Shown here: positions 9,622-20,710 of the stretch, piece after piece | How positions within the stretch are numbered: the first letter of the stretch is position 1 | Layout: every line of letters begins with the position of its first letter | NCBI GenBank assembly: GCA_965228615.1 | Contig: CBDDHT010000001.1 | Span: forward strand, 242,371 to 306,370 | Source of the DNA: Methyloligellaceae bacterium | GTDB taxonomy: Bacteria > Pseudomonadota > Alphaproteobacteria > Rhizobiales > Methyloligellaceae | DNA length: 64,000 nucleotides | Reading direction: 5' to 3' | Notes under the pieces: model-generated | Seen by the model: only the letters and a program-made list of their open reading frames with translations | Told to the model about the DNA's origin: nothing | Database searches by the model: none | Translations under genes and position numbers: made by a program

Positions 9622-10198
9622 GGTGATGATGCTCCGTTTTCTTCTCCCTCGGCTCGTGACCGGCATGCTTGTGATCGGCATGCTTGTGGTCTTTCGAGTC
9701 GCCGACAACATAGTCTTTTGGAATATCGCCAAAGGCGACGACTCGCCCGCCGAACTTCGTTTTGAATGACTCGGCCGCCGCCGCCGTGGCGAACGGTACG
9801 GTCTCCTGCGCGCCCATTCCGCCGCGGCGCGAGCTTTCAATGACGTAGTGGGCGTCCTCTGCCTTAATCCAGATACCGTCGTCCGGTGGCCGTTCCCAAT
9901 TGTCTGCCCGGCTCATGTCGTGGACATAGGTTGCCATCACATTTTGCGCTTCGCCCGGCAGAGCCTTGTAGGCGAAGGCGTCGCGGACCGAGGAAAACCA
10001 TAAAGGCTTTTGTTGTCCGCTCTCGAAGACCTGTGCTTTCGGCCCGGGATGATCGACGACGATCATATTGCAATAGTGACCGATGGCTGCTCGCGTCAGA
10101 GCTTGCGGGTCAGGGGCCGCCGTATCCTCTGTGCAACCGACTAGCACAAAGAGCGGCATCGAAACGATGAACAGGATTTTTCGCAGCGAATTGATCAT
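9611..10198 (-). CDS. nosL: NosL copper-chaperone lipoprotein, with a His-rich C-terminal tail
   Basis: Start is trimmed to MINSLRKILFIVSMPLFVLVGC (lipobox). ATGA overlap with the nosY stop. Position in the nos cluster fits. Tail is DSKDHKHADHKHAGHEPREKKTEHHHHAH. Confidence 0.8.
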   Translation of the reverse strand: MINSLRKILFIVSMPLFVLVGCTEDTAAPDPQALTRAAIGHYCNMIVVDHPGPKAQVFESGQQKPLWFSSVRDAFAYKALPGEAQNVMATYVHDMSRADNWERPPDDGIWIKAEDAHYVIESSRRGGMGAQETVPFATAAAAESFKTKFGGRVVAFGDIPKDYVVGDSKDHKHADHKHAGHEPREKKTEHHHHAH

Positions 10199-11028
10199 GG
10201 TTGTCGGCTCCGAAAGAGGAGGCAGCCCGCCGTGAGCGAGACAATGGTCCATGCGACCAGGACAGCGACAAGCAGTGTCGTTGGAATTGCATTGGCAGCG
10301 CCGATCCCGGCCATCCCCGAGAGTACGGCCACATCTCCGTCGCCTGCCAGATTGAGCATCCGGAACGTGTCTGCCGGATTGAACAGAAGAATAGCTGTCA
10401 CGAGTTGTGTGCTCATTGACTTGGCAGCATCGGATGCAAGTAGCGCCAGCAGAGCCATGTCATAAAGTAACGCGAACAGCAGCCAAGTGCCGATCGCCAA
10501 TCCCGCGGCGGCACCACGCTCCCCTATGCGAGCGTTGAGTGCCAGCCCTATGGCAATGAACACGGCGCCTAGCAGTATTGAAGATCCAATCAGGACCGCA
10601 AAGGCCTGCCACGCCTGCTCGCTCCAATCGCCGCCGGCGAAAAACGCAATTGCGACTCCGGCACAGCCATAACCGATAATAATCGCGACAGAGAGAAGGA
10701 TCAGGTGACCGCAGAACTTGCCGATCACGATCTGCGAGCGTTTTACGGGATATGCAAGCAGGAGCATCAAGGTTCCACGATCCGCCTCTCCAACAAGGCT
10801 GTCATAGGAGATAAGGAGGGCAATAAGAGGAACGAAGAAGATGCTGAGTGATGACAGGGAAACGATCGTCACGGCTAGCGCACTCACCTTCGCGGTGCCT
10901 GTTGGGACGCTTCCGAGCATGGCCAATATCAAAGCGAGTCCGGCCATCAGCAGGGTGACCATCACGACCCAGCGATTGCGCATTCCGTCCTTGATTTCTT
11001 TCGAAGCCAAGATGGCGATAGATCTCAT
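10195..11028 (-). CDS. nosY: NosY ABC-2-type permease
   Basis: Six-TM hydrophobic protein starting MRSIAILASKEIKDGMRNRW. ATGA overlap with the nosF stop. Confidence 0.85.
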   Translation of the reverse strand: MRSIAILASKEIKDGMRNRWVVMVTLLMAGLALILAMLGSVPTGTAKVSALAVTIVSLSSLSIFFVPLIALLISYDSLVGEADRGTLMLLLAYPVKRSQIVIGKFCGHLILLSVAIIIGYGCAGVAIAFFAGGDWSEQAWQAFAVLIGSSILLGAVFIAIGLALNARIGERGAAAGLAIGTWLLFALLYDMALLALLASDAAKSMSTQLVTAILLFNPADTFRMLNLAGDGDVAVLSGMAGIGAANAIPTTLLVAVLVAWTIVSLTAGCLLFRSRQP

Positions 11029-11951
11029 CGGGCCTTCTCCTGCGTCGTATAGGCGGTAAAGACCTGCTCGAGACTCGGTTCCTGGATATCGAGACCGTTG
11101 AATTTGAGATCGCCGGCCATCAACTCCTTCAGCAGGCCGAGTTTTTCGTCCGGCCGGCAATCGAGAACCGCCTTTCCATTAACGGCTTGCCCAGCATCTA
11201 GGCGGTTGGCGAATTTTTCTGCCAGGCGCTGCATCTGGGGTGGTTCGGCACGCACAACAATCCGAGAGGGAAGCGCCAAACGTCGGATGAGCGAATCGAG
11301 CGAATCATCGGCAATCAGTCGCCCTGAGTTGAGGATCGCAATACGGTCTGTGCGTGCTTCAAGTTCGGTCAGAATATGAGATGACAGAAGGATCGCCGCA
11401 CCTTTTTGCTTCTCCTGGTCGACAATATGAAACAGGTTCTGCCTTGCATCTGGGTCGAGGCCTGTCGTTGGCTCATCCAACAATAGGAGTTGCGGATCGC
11501 CGATCAATACCTGAGCAAGACCGAGGCGTTGGCGCATGCCTTTTGAGTAGGTCGAGACACGACGGTCGGCAGCGGCCGACAATCCGACGCGATCGAACAG
11601 CGCATCGATTGCTCCGAGGTCGGCTTGTTTGAGCCGCGTGTAGAATTGCAATGTCTCGCGGCCAGTCAGTGCTCCATGAAAGAGGACCTGTTCGGGCAGG
11701 AACCCAATCTGTTTTTTTGACTGATCGAAGTTTCGATCTGCCGACGCACGTCCCAGGACCTTGAGCGAACCCGATGTCGCAGTGATAAGGCCGAGAATCA
11801 GTTTGAAAAGTGTGCTCTTACCAGCACCGTTCGGTCCGACGAGCGCCACACATGCGCCGGGTTCGATCTCCAGCGACACGGTATCGAGTGCCGTCAGCTT
11901 GCCGTAGTTCTTTCCGATGTCGACTGTCGATACACAGTGAGGTGCGCTCAT
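11025..11951 (-). CDS. nosF: NosF ABC ATPase
   Basis: Walker A GPNGAGKST, signature YSKGMRQR, Walker B LLLLDEP. The start at MSAPHCVST gives an ATGA overlap with the nosD stop. Confidence 0.9.
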   Translation of the reverse strand: MSAPHCVSTVDIGKNYGKLTALDTVSLEIEPGACVALVGPNGAGKSTLFKLILGLITATSGSLKVLGRASADRNFDQSKKQIGFLPEQVLFHGALTGRETLQFYTRLKQADLGAIDALFDRVGLSAAADRRVSTYSKGMRQRLGLAQVLIGDPQLLLLDEPTTGLDPDARQNLFHIVDQEKQKGAAILLSSHILTELEARTDRIAILNSGRLIADDSLDSLIRRLALPSRIVVRAEPPQMQRLAEKFANRLDAGQAVNGKAVLDCRPDEKLGLLKELMAGDLKFNGLDIQEPSLEQVFTAYTTQEKAR

Positions 11952-13237
11952 CGGCTTGCTTCCTCGGCTGAGAGGGTTATGGGCTGCATCAGTGGTGCAC
12001 TGTCGATGACGCCACCGGGATGAAGAGCTGGAAAGGTGGCCTGGGCCCACTTCAGCAAGAGGACCGCCGGCGCATTCGTCAGCAGCTTGGCAATGGGAAA
12101 CCGCCAGAGAATCTGATCGGTCAGATCGTTCGGCCGGAATGCCGTATCGGCGATTCCGTTGCCGTCCAGATCGAAGGCGGCGTGATCGCTCCAATAGTTG
12201 CCGCGCCCCTCTTCCGACCATTCGATCCAGCGGGTTCCCACATATTTGACCTGGGTACGGTTCCCGATGAAGGCGTTGCCGGTGATTGAATTGCGTTCCG
12301 AACCGCCCGTGAAATGCACCCCGATATCGCAATTGGAGAAATGGTTGTTGTCGATCTTGTTCTTGTTGGAGTTATAGATGAAGACGCACTTTTCGGGGCC
12401 GCCAGTGACCCGATTGCCTTGAACGCGGACCTGGTTCGCATAGTTGAACAGGATGCCGCGGTCGCGGTCGTTTCGTGACTCGTTTCCAAGAACCTTGATC
12501 CGCTTCGAAAACATGATCGCGTAGCCAATGTGATTGCCTTGCGACACATTGCCGGAAATCTCGCTGGCATTGGTGTACATGTAGTGCACGCCGAATCTCA
12601 GATCGGTGAAATGGTTGTTGCGAAAGATGTTTTTCTTGCTTGTCGTCACGAAGATTCCGTCACGGCCGAACCGGATCCGATTGTCTTCGACAATTGCGCC
12701 GGGCGCGTTCCAGATCTGGATGCCGTTGCCGCGCTCGTTCACTCGGAGATCTCGGCGGCCGGTTATATCATTCCCACGGACAACTGCGTCTCGGGCGCCC
12801 CAGATATAGACTCCGATCAAATTATTCTCGACCCGGTTGTTCTCGACGCGTGCGCCCTTTGCTTCTTTGCCAAGAAATATGCCTGCATCCTGTGTCTCAA
12901 GCAGTAGGCCAGAGCCTGTGACACGAAGATTGCTGATAACAACGTTTGGAGCATGCACGGCAATAACGTGGCCGGTGCCATTGCCCTCGATTGTGGTGTT
13001 TTCCCCGGTGCCGACAATCTCCAACGACTTGTTGACAATGACCGAACCTCGGTAAATTCCGGAAGACAATCGAAGGGTGCTGCCTGGAGGCGCGACTGTG
13101 ATTGCGGTGGCCAGTTCCCCCGGCAGGACATTGATGACGGCTGTCGTCGCTGCTGCACCGCTGCACGCAATCGTCCCCGCGGCGAGAAGGCTCGCCGCGA
13201 GGATTGCTTGTCGGAACTGTGTGGTTACGCGAACCAT
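11948..13237 (-). CDS. nosD: NosD periplasmic parallel beta-helix protein
   Basis: Signal MVRVTTQFRQAILAASLLAAGTIACSGAAA. Repeated N-x-I/V-x-G/N beta-helix repeats. Lies between nosZ and nosF. Confidence 0.9.
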   Translation of the reverse strand: MVRVTTQFRQAILAASLLAAGTIACSGAAATTAVINVLPGELATAITVAPPGSTLRLSSGIYRGSVIVNKSLEIVGTGENTTIEGNGTGHVIAVHAPNVVISNLRVTGSGLLLETQDAGIFLGKEAKGARVENNRVENNLIGVYIWGARDAVVRGNDITGRRDLRVNERGNGIQIWNAPGAIVEDNRIRFGRDGIFVTTSKKNIFRNNHFTDLRFGVHYMYTNASEISGNVSQGNHIGYAIMFSKRIKVLGNESRNDRDRGILFNYANQVRVQGNRVTGGPEKCVFIYNSNKNKIDNNHFSNCDIGVHFTGGSERNSITGNAFIGNRTQVKYVGTRWIEWSEEGRGNYWSDHAAFDLDGNGIADTAFRPNDLTDQILWRFPIAKLLTNAPAVLLLKWAQATFPALHPGGVIDSAPLMQPITLSAEEASR

Positions 13238-13244
13238 CGACACC

Positions 13245-15137
13245 TCACGCGGCGCGCGGTTCCACGAACATCCGGCCACGCATCTCCATATGCAGTGCGT
13301 GACAGAACCATTGGCAGTAGTACCAGTGGACGCCCGGTGCATCGGCCTTGAAGGTCACCGAGGCGGTCTGCTGCGGACCGATCTCGATGGCAACGCCGTG
13401 ATTGGCCAGGGTGAAGCCGTGGGTCAGATCATCGACATCGTCGACATTCGTGATGATCATGGTGACTTCATCACCCTGTTTGACGGTGAACTTCTCAAGC
13501 GAGAATTCCGGCGCTGCCGAGATCATGTAGACCCGCACCTTGTTGCCGTCGCGTACCACCTTTGCGGCGTCCTCCAGATCGACACCATCCTTCTTCGCCC
13601 AATTCCGGGCATCCTCGAATGTCGGGTCGGCACGGTCATAGACCTGACGAGGATTGACCAGTGATCGTTTGACGATGATGCAATCGTGCGGTTCCGCGAA
13701 TGTCGGCCCGTCATGCACAATCTTCATCTCGTCGCCGGAGATGTCGATCAACTGCTCGTTTTCCGGCTTCAGAGGACCGACATTGATGAAACGGTCCTTT
13801 GAGAATTTATTCAGGGAAACGAGCCACTTGCCGTCAGCCTCCTTGGTCTCGCCCATGGAGGTGTGGTTGTGCCCGGGCTGATAGTGGACGTCGATCTTGC
13901 TGAGGATCGGATCAACCTTTTCGCCGGCAAATTGCTTGCGCGCCTTATCGACACTCCATTTGGCAACCTGACTGTCCAGGAACAGAGTCGTATAGGCATT
14001 CCCGCGATTATCGAATGCCGTGTGGAGCGGTCCAAGGCCCAGCTGTGGTTCGGCAACGACGCATTCCCGCGGCTTGATCTTGTCGGCGAAGGCATCGGGG
14101 AACTTGCGAACGTCGAGCACGGATACGGTCGGCGAGAGCTTGCCGTTGATGACGATATGGATTCCGTCCGGTGCCGAATTCACGCCATGCGGCGAGTTGG
14201 AGATTGGAATGTAGCGCGTGTATTTCGATCCTTTCCGGCCGTCGAGAACGGGGACTTTGCCTTCATAGGTTTTGAAGTCACCGGACTTCACACCGGCTTC
14301 GATAGCGGCGATATCGAAGACAACGCACCAGTCCTGTTCCGAAGATGTCATCTCGGCGAGCGTGACGCCTTCCTCGGAATTGTAACAGGTGGATACCGCG
14401 TATTTGCCCTGATAGTCCGCATCGACATTGTCCAGGTTCCCGTCGACGACCACCTGCCACGCAACCGTCATCGAGTCGCCGTCGATGGCGGAGAAGATGG
14501 CGTGATATTTCGATGGGTCGTCCAGCACCGATCCGTCATTGGGCAGCGGAATACGATGCTCGCCATTGGCGAAGATGTAACCGGTCCGCGGGTATTTCTG
14601 TGGACGCAGACCATGGATGTCGGAGGCGTTCGGGATCGATATGATCTTATCCGTCTTCATGATGTCGCAGCGAATGCGGGCAACGCGCGTATTCGCCTTG
14701 TCGTTGGCAAAGATGTAGCGTCCGTCATAGGTGCCGTCGGTGAAAGACATATGCGGGTGATGCAGGTCCCCGTTCGATGGGAATTCACCCTTGTCCTTCC
14801 AATATTCCTTTTCCCGATCCAGCATGTTCTCGGTCAGGATCTTCTTGCTCTCATTGGTCTGTCCCCAGCCCGTTGCGCTGCATCGGTTGAACACCGGAAC
14901 CCGCATGAGCTCGCGCATGGATGGCATACCGATTATGCGCAGCTCGCCTGACTGCCCGCTGCTCCAAAACCCGTAATAGTCGTCGAGATCGCCAGGAGCG
15001 ACTTCCGACTTGCCGGCCGCCTTGGCCGGGCTTGAGAGCGGCAGCGTGTTCGCCGCAAGAGCGCTTGTGCCGACCGTAACGGCGGTTCCACTCAACATCT
15101 GTCTGCGCGTTAGGCCTAATTTGTCCAATATACCCAT
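13245..15137 (-). CDS. nosZ: nitrous-oxide reductase NosZ (clade I, Tat-dependent)
   Basis: Tat signal [10 protein letters not shown]-terminal CuA motif [18 protein letters not shown] lies 6 nt upstream of the ATG at 15137; an alternative ATG at 15143 abuts the RBS. Confidence 0.95.
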   Translation of the reverse strand: MGILDKLGLTRRQMLSGTAVTVGTSALAANTLPLSSPAKAAGKSEVAPGDLDDYYGFWSSGQSGELRIIGMPSMRELMRVPVFNRCSATGWGQTNESKKILTENMLDREKEYWKDKGEFPSNGDLHHPHMSFTDGTYDGRYIFANDKANTRVARIRCDIMKTDKIISIPNASDIHGLRPQKYPRTGYIFANGEHRIPLPNDGSVLDDPSKYHAIFSAIDGDSMTVAWQVVVDGNLDNVDADYQGKYAVSTCYNSEEGVTLAEMTSSEQDWCVVFDIAAIEAGVKSGDFKTYEGKVPVLDGRKGSKYTRYIPISNSPHGVNSAPDGIHIVINGKLSPTVSVLDVRKFPDAFADKIKPRECVVAEPQLGLGPLHTAFDNRGNAYTTLFLDSQVAKWSVDKARKQFAGEKVDPILSKIDVHYQPGHNHTSMGETKEADGKWLVSLNKFSKDRFINVGPLKPENEQLIDISGDEMKIVHDGPTFAEPHDCIIVKRSLVNPRQVYDRADPTFEDARNWAKKDGVDLEDAAKVVRDGNKVRVYMISAAPEFSLEKFTVKQGDEVTMIITNVDDVDDLTHGFTLANHGVAIEIGPQQTASVTFKADAPGVHWYYCQWFCHALHMEMRGRMFVEPRAA

Positions 15138-15178
15138 TTCCATTCCTCCTTCTCGTAAAGCGGACTCACTGTGAGGCC

Positions 15179-17428
15179 CTAGGCCTCGATCGTTCTGGTG
15201 CGGCCAAGCCGTCTCGGCTTGCGGTAAAGGGATTTGGCGGATTCGAGCGCGTCCTTGTCGGTGGGCTCGCCATCCGGCTTCTTGGATTTCGACGCCTTCA
15301 GGATCATCACCGGGCAGACCTGCTCGTCGAAATACTTCACCTGGCAATTCATGCAGTGAAGGCATTCATTGGGGTTGATGTCGCCCATGGGCGTTATCGC
15401 CTGGACCATGCAATCCTGGGCGCACAGATGGCAGGGGTCGCCACAATTGCGGTACCGCTTCAGCCAATCGAACATCGCAAGTTTGCCGGGGATTGCGAGG
15501 GCAGCGCCAAGCGGACAAAGATAGCGACAGAAAAAGCGCTCGACGAAGAGCCCTATTGCGAGAAGGGCAACAGCGAACACGACAAAGGGCCAGGTCCGGT
15601 CGAAGCGCAACACAATCGCGGTCTTGAATGGCTCGATTTCGGCTAGTTGCTCCGCGAGCGCCAGCGAATAGACCGACAGACCGAGAAGGGCCAGAAAGAT
15701 CAGATACTTGAGAGGCCAAAGGCGTTCGTGCAACGCCCATGGAACGGCCAGTTGGGGGATCTTTACGGCTTTGGCCGCTTTGCTGACCAGTTCCTGGAAT
15801 GCACCGAACGGGCAAAGCCAGCCGCAAAACGCGCCACGCCCCCAGAAGAGAAGCGAGGCGGCGACGGAACACCAGAGAATGAAGATCAATGGCTCGAGCA
15901 GAAAATACTCCCAGCGGAAATCTCCGATCAGGGCGTTGGAGAATACGAGCACGTTGACGACGGAGAGCTGTGCCTGGGCGTAAAACCCAATCCAGAACAG
16001 CGTAAAGAGCATGAAGCCTAAGCGGACCCGGCTGGTGAGCTTGGGATAGCGCACCAGCGTGTTCTGAAAGAAGAAAAGTGCTGTCAGCAGTCCAATCGCG
16101 AACAGGAGAATTGCGATATCAATCCTCTTTTGACTCCAGATGCGTTTCCACAGATCGGATGGTGGAGCAGCTGTAGGAGTTGACGCTGGGGCATTGGTAT
16201 CGGCCGCTGGAGGCGCCTTGGGCGTTTCCTTGATGATATATTTGTCAGGAAGTTGATAGCTCAGCTCGAACGTCTTGAAGACTTTTTCAAGAGCGCCGAC
16301 TGCGCGTGGGACAAGCAGCTGTAGTCGCCAGGGGTCGGTTGGATTAAATGTTGCCGTTTTCGGCGCAATGAACAGGCCGACTTCGCGAAAGCGCGGTGCG
16401 CCCTCTGCAGCGGCGGCACCCAGGCGCTTGTGTCCGCGGTCGCGGAAGCGGAATGACGTTTCGCCCTGGATAACTTGGATGCGATCGAAGATGCCGCCCC
16501 GTACATAGCCGGAACCTTTGAATGAGAATGGCCCGCGCCCCATGATAAGGAAGGCGTGCTGGTCCGGTTTCAATTTCTTCTGGAAGGACTCATATTCGCG
16601 CTCACCGAGCAGACTCTGTGCGACGGAGGGGACAGCAAGTGACGCGATAAAGAGATCGATGAACAGATCGTCTGGAGCACCGGACTCGGGGCGTGCAATG
16701 GCACGGGCATCTCCCAACTTCTCGAAAGCGGTATTGATGTCTCCAATCGTCAGTTTGACGCGCCGGACGGAACCGTCTCCAACAAGCCCGAGCCAATCCT
16801 GCTTCGATCCTGCAGCCTTATCGATGCTCTTCTTGATGCGTGGCGCTGCGGTCTGGGCAGACAATCCACCGAGTCCCAGCGCCCGCGCCGCGGAAATCGT
16901 GGCCCGTTTGATCGAGTCGTCGATAACAAGAACAGTGACCGTGGCACCGGACACGATGTCGACATGGGATGTCGAGCGATTGGTTGCCTTGGCGCTTTCA
17001 ATCACGTCGAAGGATTTATAACCGTCGATAAAATCGACGATCTTCTTTTCGGGAATACCGGCGAGGACGATCGGCTCGCTGTGTTTGACGAGCTTGGCGC
17101 CGGTAATGCGCCCATCCGGACCCAGTCCGATCAGGATTTCCATCGGTTTACCGGAATAACCGATGGCGGAAGAGAAGTCGGTGTTCAGGATCACATGAGC
17201 GACGATATCATTGCCGCGAAGTGCGGGAACCGCGCGCCCGCTCAGGATAGGTTCGCCAAGGCGATCGGCATCCGGAACCAGATCCTGTATTGCGACATCC
17301 TTCAGGAATCGCTGCAAATTGTCGGCAAATGCTGGAGAAGCGAACGAATGACACAGGGCGAAAAAGACGACCGCCAACATCACCGACCAGGTCGGAATGC
17401 AAGGCACACGTTTACGGCCCTGAACCAT
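15179..17428 (-). CDS. nosR: NosR membrane flavo/FeS regulator and electron donor
   Basis: Start is trimmed to [10 protein letters not shown].. (750 aa). Periplasmic FMN-binding-type region, multiple TMs, two CxxxCP motifs ([16 protein letters not shown]), and a C-terminal ferredoxin-like CHLCAQDC...CLHCMNC. Confidence 0.9.
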   Translation of the reverse strand: MVQGRKRVPCIPTWSVMLAVVFFALCHSFASPAFADNLQRFLKDVAIQDLVPDADRLGEPILSGRAVPALRGNDIVAHVILNTDFSSAIGYSGKPMEILIGLGPDGRITGAKLVKHSEPIVLAGIPEKKIVDFIDGYKSFDVIESAKATNRSTSHVDIVSGATVTVLVIDDSIKRATISAARALGLGGLSAQTAAPRIKKSIDKAAGSKQDWLGLVGDGSVRRVKLTIGDINTAFEKLGDARAIARPESGAPDDLFIDLFIASLAVPSVAQSLLGEREYESFQKKLKPDQHAFLIMGRGPFSFKGSGYVRGGIFDRIQVIQGETSFRFRDRGHKRLGAAAAEGAPRFREVGLFIAPKTATFNPTDPWRLQLLVPRAVGALEKVFKTFELSYQLPDKYIIKETPKAPPAADTNAPASTPTAAPPSDLWKRIWSQKRIDIAILLFAIGLLTALFFFQNTLVRYPKLTSRVRLGFMLFTLFWIGFYAQAQLSVVNVLVFSNALIGDFRWEYFLLEPLIFILWCSVAASLLFWGRGAFCGWLCPFGAFQELVSKAAKAVKIPQLAVPWALHERLWPLKYLIFLALLGLSVYSLALAEQLAEIEPFKTAIVLRFDRTWPFVVFAVALLAIGLFVERFFCRYLCPLGAALAIPGKLAMFDWLKRYRNCGDPCHLCAQDCMVQAITPMGDINPNECLHCMNCQVKYFDEQVCPVMILKASKSKKPDGEPTDKDALESAKSLYRKPRRLGRTRTIEA

Positions 17429-17492
17429 GGTCAGCAACGAGACCTCCGAATAATCACCCTTGCAGCAATAAAGAGGCCGCTGAACAACGACC

Positions 17493-17506
17493 TTGATATT
17501 TATCAA
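17493..17506. promoter_or_regulatory. FNR/FixK/NnrR-type box TTGAT-N4-ATCAA upstream of nosR
   Basis: Perfect palindrome TTGATATTTATCAA lying 65-78 nt upstream of the proposed nosR start codon. Confidence 0.7.
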
Positions 17507-17786
17507 TTCTCGCGAAAAGCTGGAGGTATCAATCGTCTGGGAATTGAATTCGGACGGCCTGTTCTCTGGCCTGTCGTCTCTATGCGAGGCTCGGATGTTG
17601 AGCCCAGGGCAGCGCGCTATTGCTTCGGCCCTGGGGTAACTCTTGCCACGCCAACCAGCGCCCTTCAGACGGACGTGAGTCGACGAGATCAATCTGCGCT
17701 TAGTCGGAAACGACTAAGCGCAGAAAAGTTGATCGATTCTAAGCTGCTAGAGCAAATTATGTGCGTCTGACAAAACGCACGTTGCT

Positions 17787-19118
17787 CTAGTAGGACTGCT
17801 GTGTTTTGGATCGATACTGATCGCGGCGCATCGACTTCCGCGTGCGATTCCACTCGCCGGGCTTCGCCAGGTTCCCTGCGTCCTGGAGGGCCTTTTCCTT
17901 CATTTTCGAGAGGCTTGCGGCACCTAAGCGCTTTGCCTCGCGGTCGAGATAAGCGGCGTTGTTCTGCAGCACCTTTCGGGCTTCGTCGACACGCCCCTTG
18001 TCGCGAAGGCTGACGGCCTGCTCGTTGCGCTCGACTGCGGTTTGCGTTGCGACGGCTGCCATAACGTCCTTATCAAGACTGGCCTCCGCCTCCTGAACGG
18101 ACTTCGTGACATTGATTGTGGTCTGTTTGCTCACGCTCCCACGATTTTTCGACTCCATATCCCGATAATCGACATTCACGTTCGCGATTTTGGCAGAGCC
18201 CGTTTTGAGATTTTTCGGTGTCGCAAGTTCAACGATCACGTATTTGCGTTGCTCACCATAGAGTTGGTTCAACCGCAGGCTGATGCGATCGCCCTTGATC
18301 TCCGCCTTGCGACCAAGAGCACGCATGGGCCTTACGCCTGGCCCGCAGTCGATATGAATTTCGACATCCTGGGCGACAACGGACAAAGCGTCGCCGAACT
18401 CCTGATTGAAGATCGTCACGAGATCCGATGGGCGTTCGACAAACGCGTGATTGCCGTCGCTGGCAAATGCGAGCTTTGTCATCAGGTCCTCGTTATATCC
18501 GAGGCCGAGGCCGATTGTTGTGATCGAAATGCCGTCTTCGGCAGCGCGTTGCCCGAGTTCGCCAAGCGCATGGGGCGTACTCGGGCCGACATTGGCAAGA
18601 CCGTCGGAGAGCAGAATGATGCGGTTGACCGCATCGCGGCGTTTGCCCCGTGCGACTTCACGCAGTCCTTGCTCGACGCCGGCATAAAGGGCCGTCCGTC
18701 CACCGGCAGTGAGCCGTCCGATCTGCCGCCGAAGATGACCGTGATTGCTAGCCCTGGTCGACGGAACAAGTACGTTGACATTGTGATCATAGGCAATGAC
18801 TGCGACCCGGTCGTCGGGACCAAGGCGCCCGAGTGCCATGATTGCTGCCTCTTTGGCGTGCGCGAGTTTTGCTCCCCGCATGGATCCGGAACGATCGATG
18901 ACCAAGGCAATATTGACCGGCGTCCGATACTCTCGGCGTTCAAAAGGGAGGCCCTCGAGATCGACGCGCAGAAAAATACGGTTTTCAGAACCTGCAACGA
19001 CAGCAGTTTGTCCCAGATCCGCCCGAAGTTTGATCCGATTCGAACCGGCTTCAACCGGCAAGGAACCTAGAATTAGCGCGCCAGCAGCCGCTGCCGCGAT
19101 GGTCGTGAATAATCGCAT
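17787..19118 (-). CDS. secreted von Willebrand factor type A (VWA) domain protein
   Basis: Signal MRLFTTIAAAAAGALILGSLPVEA. MIDAS motif VIDRSGSM. Confidence 0.8.
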   Translation of the reverse strand: MRLFTTIAAAAAGALILGSLPVEAGSNRIKLRADLGQTAVVAGSENRIFLRVDLEGLPFERREYRTPVNIALVIDRSGSMRGAKLAHAKEAAIMALGRLGPDDRVAVIAYDHNVNVLVPSTRASNHGHLRRQIGRLTAGGRTALYAGVEQGLREVARGKRRDAVNRIILLSDGLANVGPSTPHALGELGQRAAEDGISITTIGLGLGYNEDLMTKLAFASDGNHAFVERPSDLVTIFNQEFGDALSVVAQDVEIHIDCGPGVRPMRALGRKAEIKGDRISLRLNQLYGEQRKYVIVELATPKNLKTGSAKIANVNVDYRDMESKNRGSVSKQTTINVTKSVQEAEASLDKDVMAAVATQTAVERNEQAVSLRDKGRVDEARKVLQNNAAYLDREAKRLGAASLSKMKEKALQDAGNLAKPGEWNRTRKSMRRDQYRSKTQQSY

Positions 19119-19256
19119 TGCCCAACTCCTCGTCGGGCCCCCGGTCTTTAGTACGTATACATTGGATATGACCAAATCCAGGTCGGCAACATGTCAATTT
19201 GGTAATGTTGATCCTCACTTGGTGACCTGCGGATGGAACGAATGTCCGTCGTCGAA

Positions 19257-20606
19257 TCACGATGTGCTTTCTGGAGATGGTTCTGCCCGGGCAATGGTCA
19301 CAGGTCCCCTCAGAGCAACGTCGCGATGCGGGAAGGGAATATCGACACCGGCTTCCTTGAAGGCATCCCACAGGGCCAGGAATGCAGCGCCCTTGATGTT
19401 CGTGACGCCGCCTTGAGGGTCCATAATCCAAAAGCGCAGGACGAAATCGAGAGAGGAATCGCCGAACGCAACCATATGGCAAACAGGTGATGGGGTTGCG
19501 ATGACGCGCGGCAATTCCGAGACGGATGCGACGGCAAGCTTACGGATCTCATGAGGATCGCTGTCATAGGAAACGCCGAATGGAATTTCGAGACGGATCG
19601 CACGGTTCGAGTGGGACCAGTTCACGACCTGCTCGGAAACGAAATTCTCGTTTGGAATGAGATACTCGACGCCGTCGCGCGTCATCATCGAGACATAACG
19701 GGCCTTGAGCGAGCTGATCCATCCAAATGTATCGTCGATCTCGATCACATCGCCCGGCTTGATCGATCCGTCGATCAGAATGATGATGCCGCTGATCAAG
19801 TTCGATGCCACCTTCTGCAGACCGAATCCGATGCCAAGCCCAACGGCTCCCGAAAATACAGTCAGAACAGTCAGATCCAATCCGATCGCGGACAATGACG
19901 CCAGCACGGCCGTCGCCAGTAGAATGAACTTGACGCTCTTGCCGATGAGAACATGGACCGTCGGCTCAAGCTCGAGGGCGTTGCGAATGCGCCGGTCGAT
20001 GAAATCGCCGACGACGGAGGCCAGCCACACCAGGGCGACCAGGAGAAACGCTCCTTTGAGGACCAGCAGAATGGACAGCCGAAAAGCGCCGATCGAGAAC
20101 GCGGCTTTGTCCAGCAGTCCCGCGACATCATCCAGCAGGCCGATAATCGAGAGCGCCGCCAATGACCATGCCACGACGGCAAAGAGATTCGCGACCGATC
20201 GATTGCGGATGAGCCGCGATGCGATGGAGATCACGACGCCTGCTGTCACAAGCTGGACCGCAATGCCGATGTGATAGCTGCGGCTGGCCCAGAGAAACTC
20301 CCGCATCACGAGGAACGCCGCCCACATAATGAGGGCGAAGAGGATCCATTTGAGTCTTCTGAGCGGGATGATCAGAAGCCGCATCAATTGCGGCTGCTTC
20401 TCGATCAAGCGCAGCCGTTTCTCGATAAGAGGCGTCAGTCCTCGCGCCAGACCGGCGGCAATCGCATAGCAGATGCCGATAATCGCAATCTGGATGAGAA
20501 ACCGCTGCGATGTAACGACGTTTGCAAGGTTGAGGACCGATGCTGTCGCATCTTCCAGCAACGCTTCGAATGAGATAGGGGCTGGTTCTTTGGGCGTCTT
20601 ATCCAT
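19257..20606 (-). CDS. mechanosensitive ion channel (MscS family)
   Basis: Multiple N-terminal TMs followed by the MscS beta-domain signature region PGDVIEIDDTFGWISSLKARYVSMMTRDGVEYLIPNENF. Confidence 0.85.
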   Translation of the reverse strand: MDKTPKEPAPISFEALLEDATASVLNLANVVTSQRFLIQIAIIGICYAIAAGLARGLTPLIEKRLRLIEKQPQLMRLLIIPLRRLKWILFALIMWAAFLVMREFLWASRSYHIGIAVQLVTAGVVISIASRLIRNRSVANLFAVVAWSLAALSIIGLLDDVAGLLDKAAFSIGAFRLSILLVLKGAFLLVALVWLASVVGDFIDRRIRNALELEPTVHVLIGKSVKFILLATAVLASLSAIGLDLTVLTVFSGAVGLGIGFGLQKVASNLISGIIILIDGSIKPGDVIEIDDTFGWISSLKARYVSMMTRDGVEYLIPNENFVSEQVVNWSHSNRAIRLEIPFGVSYDSDPHEIRKLAVASVSELPRVIATPSPVCHMVAFGDSSLDFVLRFWIMDPQGGVTNIKGAAFLALWDAFKEAGVDIPFPHRDVALRGPVTIARAEPSPESTS

Positions 20607-20710
20607 GCTGGCGGGAGATTAGCATGTCGGCTTGTGACCACATCGGTCTTTTTCTCTACGGCGATCTTCGCACCCGTTCATCGAGAAATCTCGCCAAATG
20701 ATTGGAAAAC

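Noticed and set aside
13863-14951. 362-aa plus-strand ORF inside nosZ
   Set aside because: It is antisense to a frame carrying unmistakable NosZ motifs (Tat signal, CuA site). Long antisense ORFs are expected in high-GC DNA, and its translation has no motifs.
15138-15143. Alternative nosZ start at ATG 15143
   Set aside because: The GGAGGA motif abuts this ATG with zero spacing, whereas the ATG at 15137 has ~6-nt spacing. The difference is two residues and does not affect the call.
18042-19070. 342-aa plus-strand ORF
   Set aside because: It is antisense to the VWA-domain gene, which has a signal peptide and a MIDAS motif.
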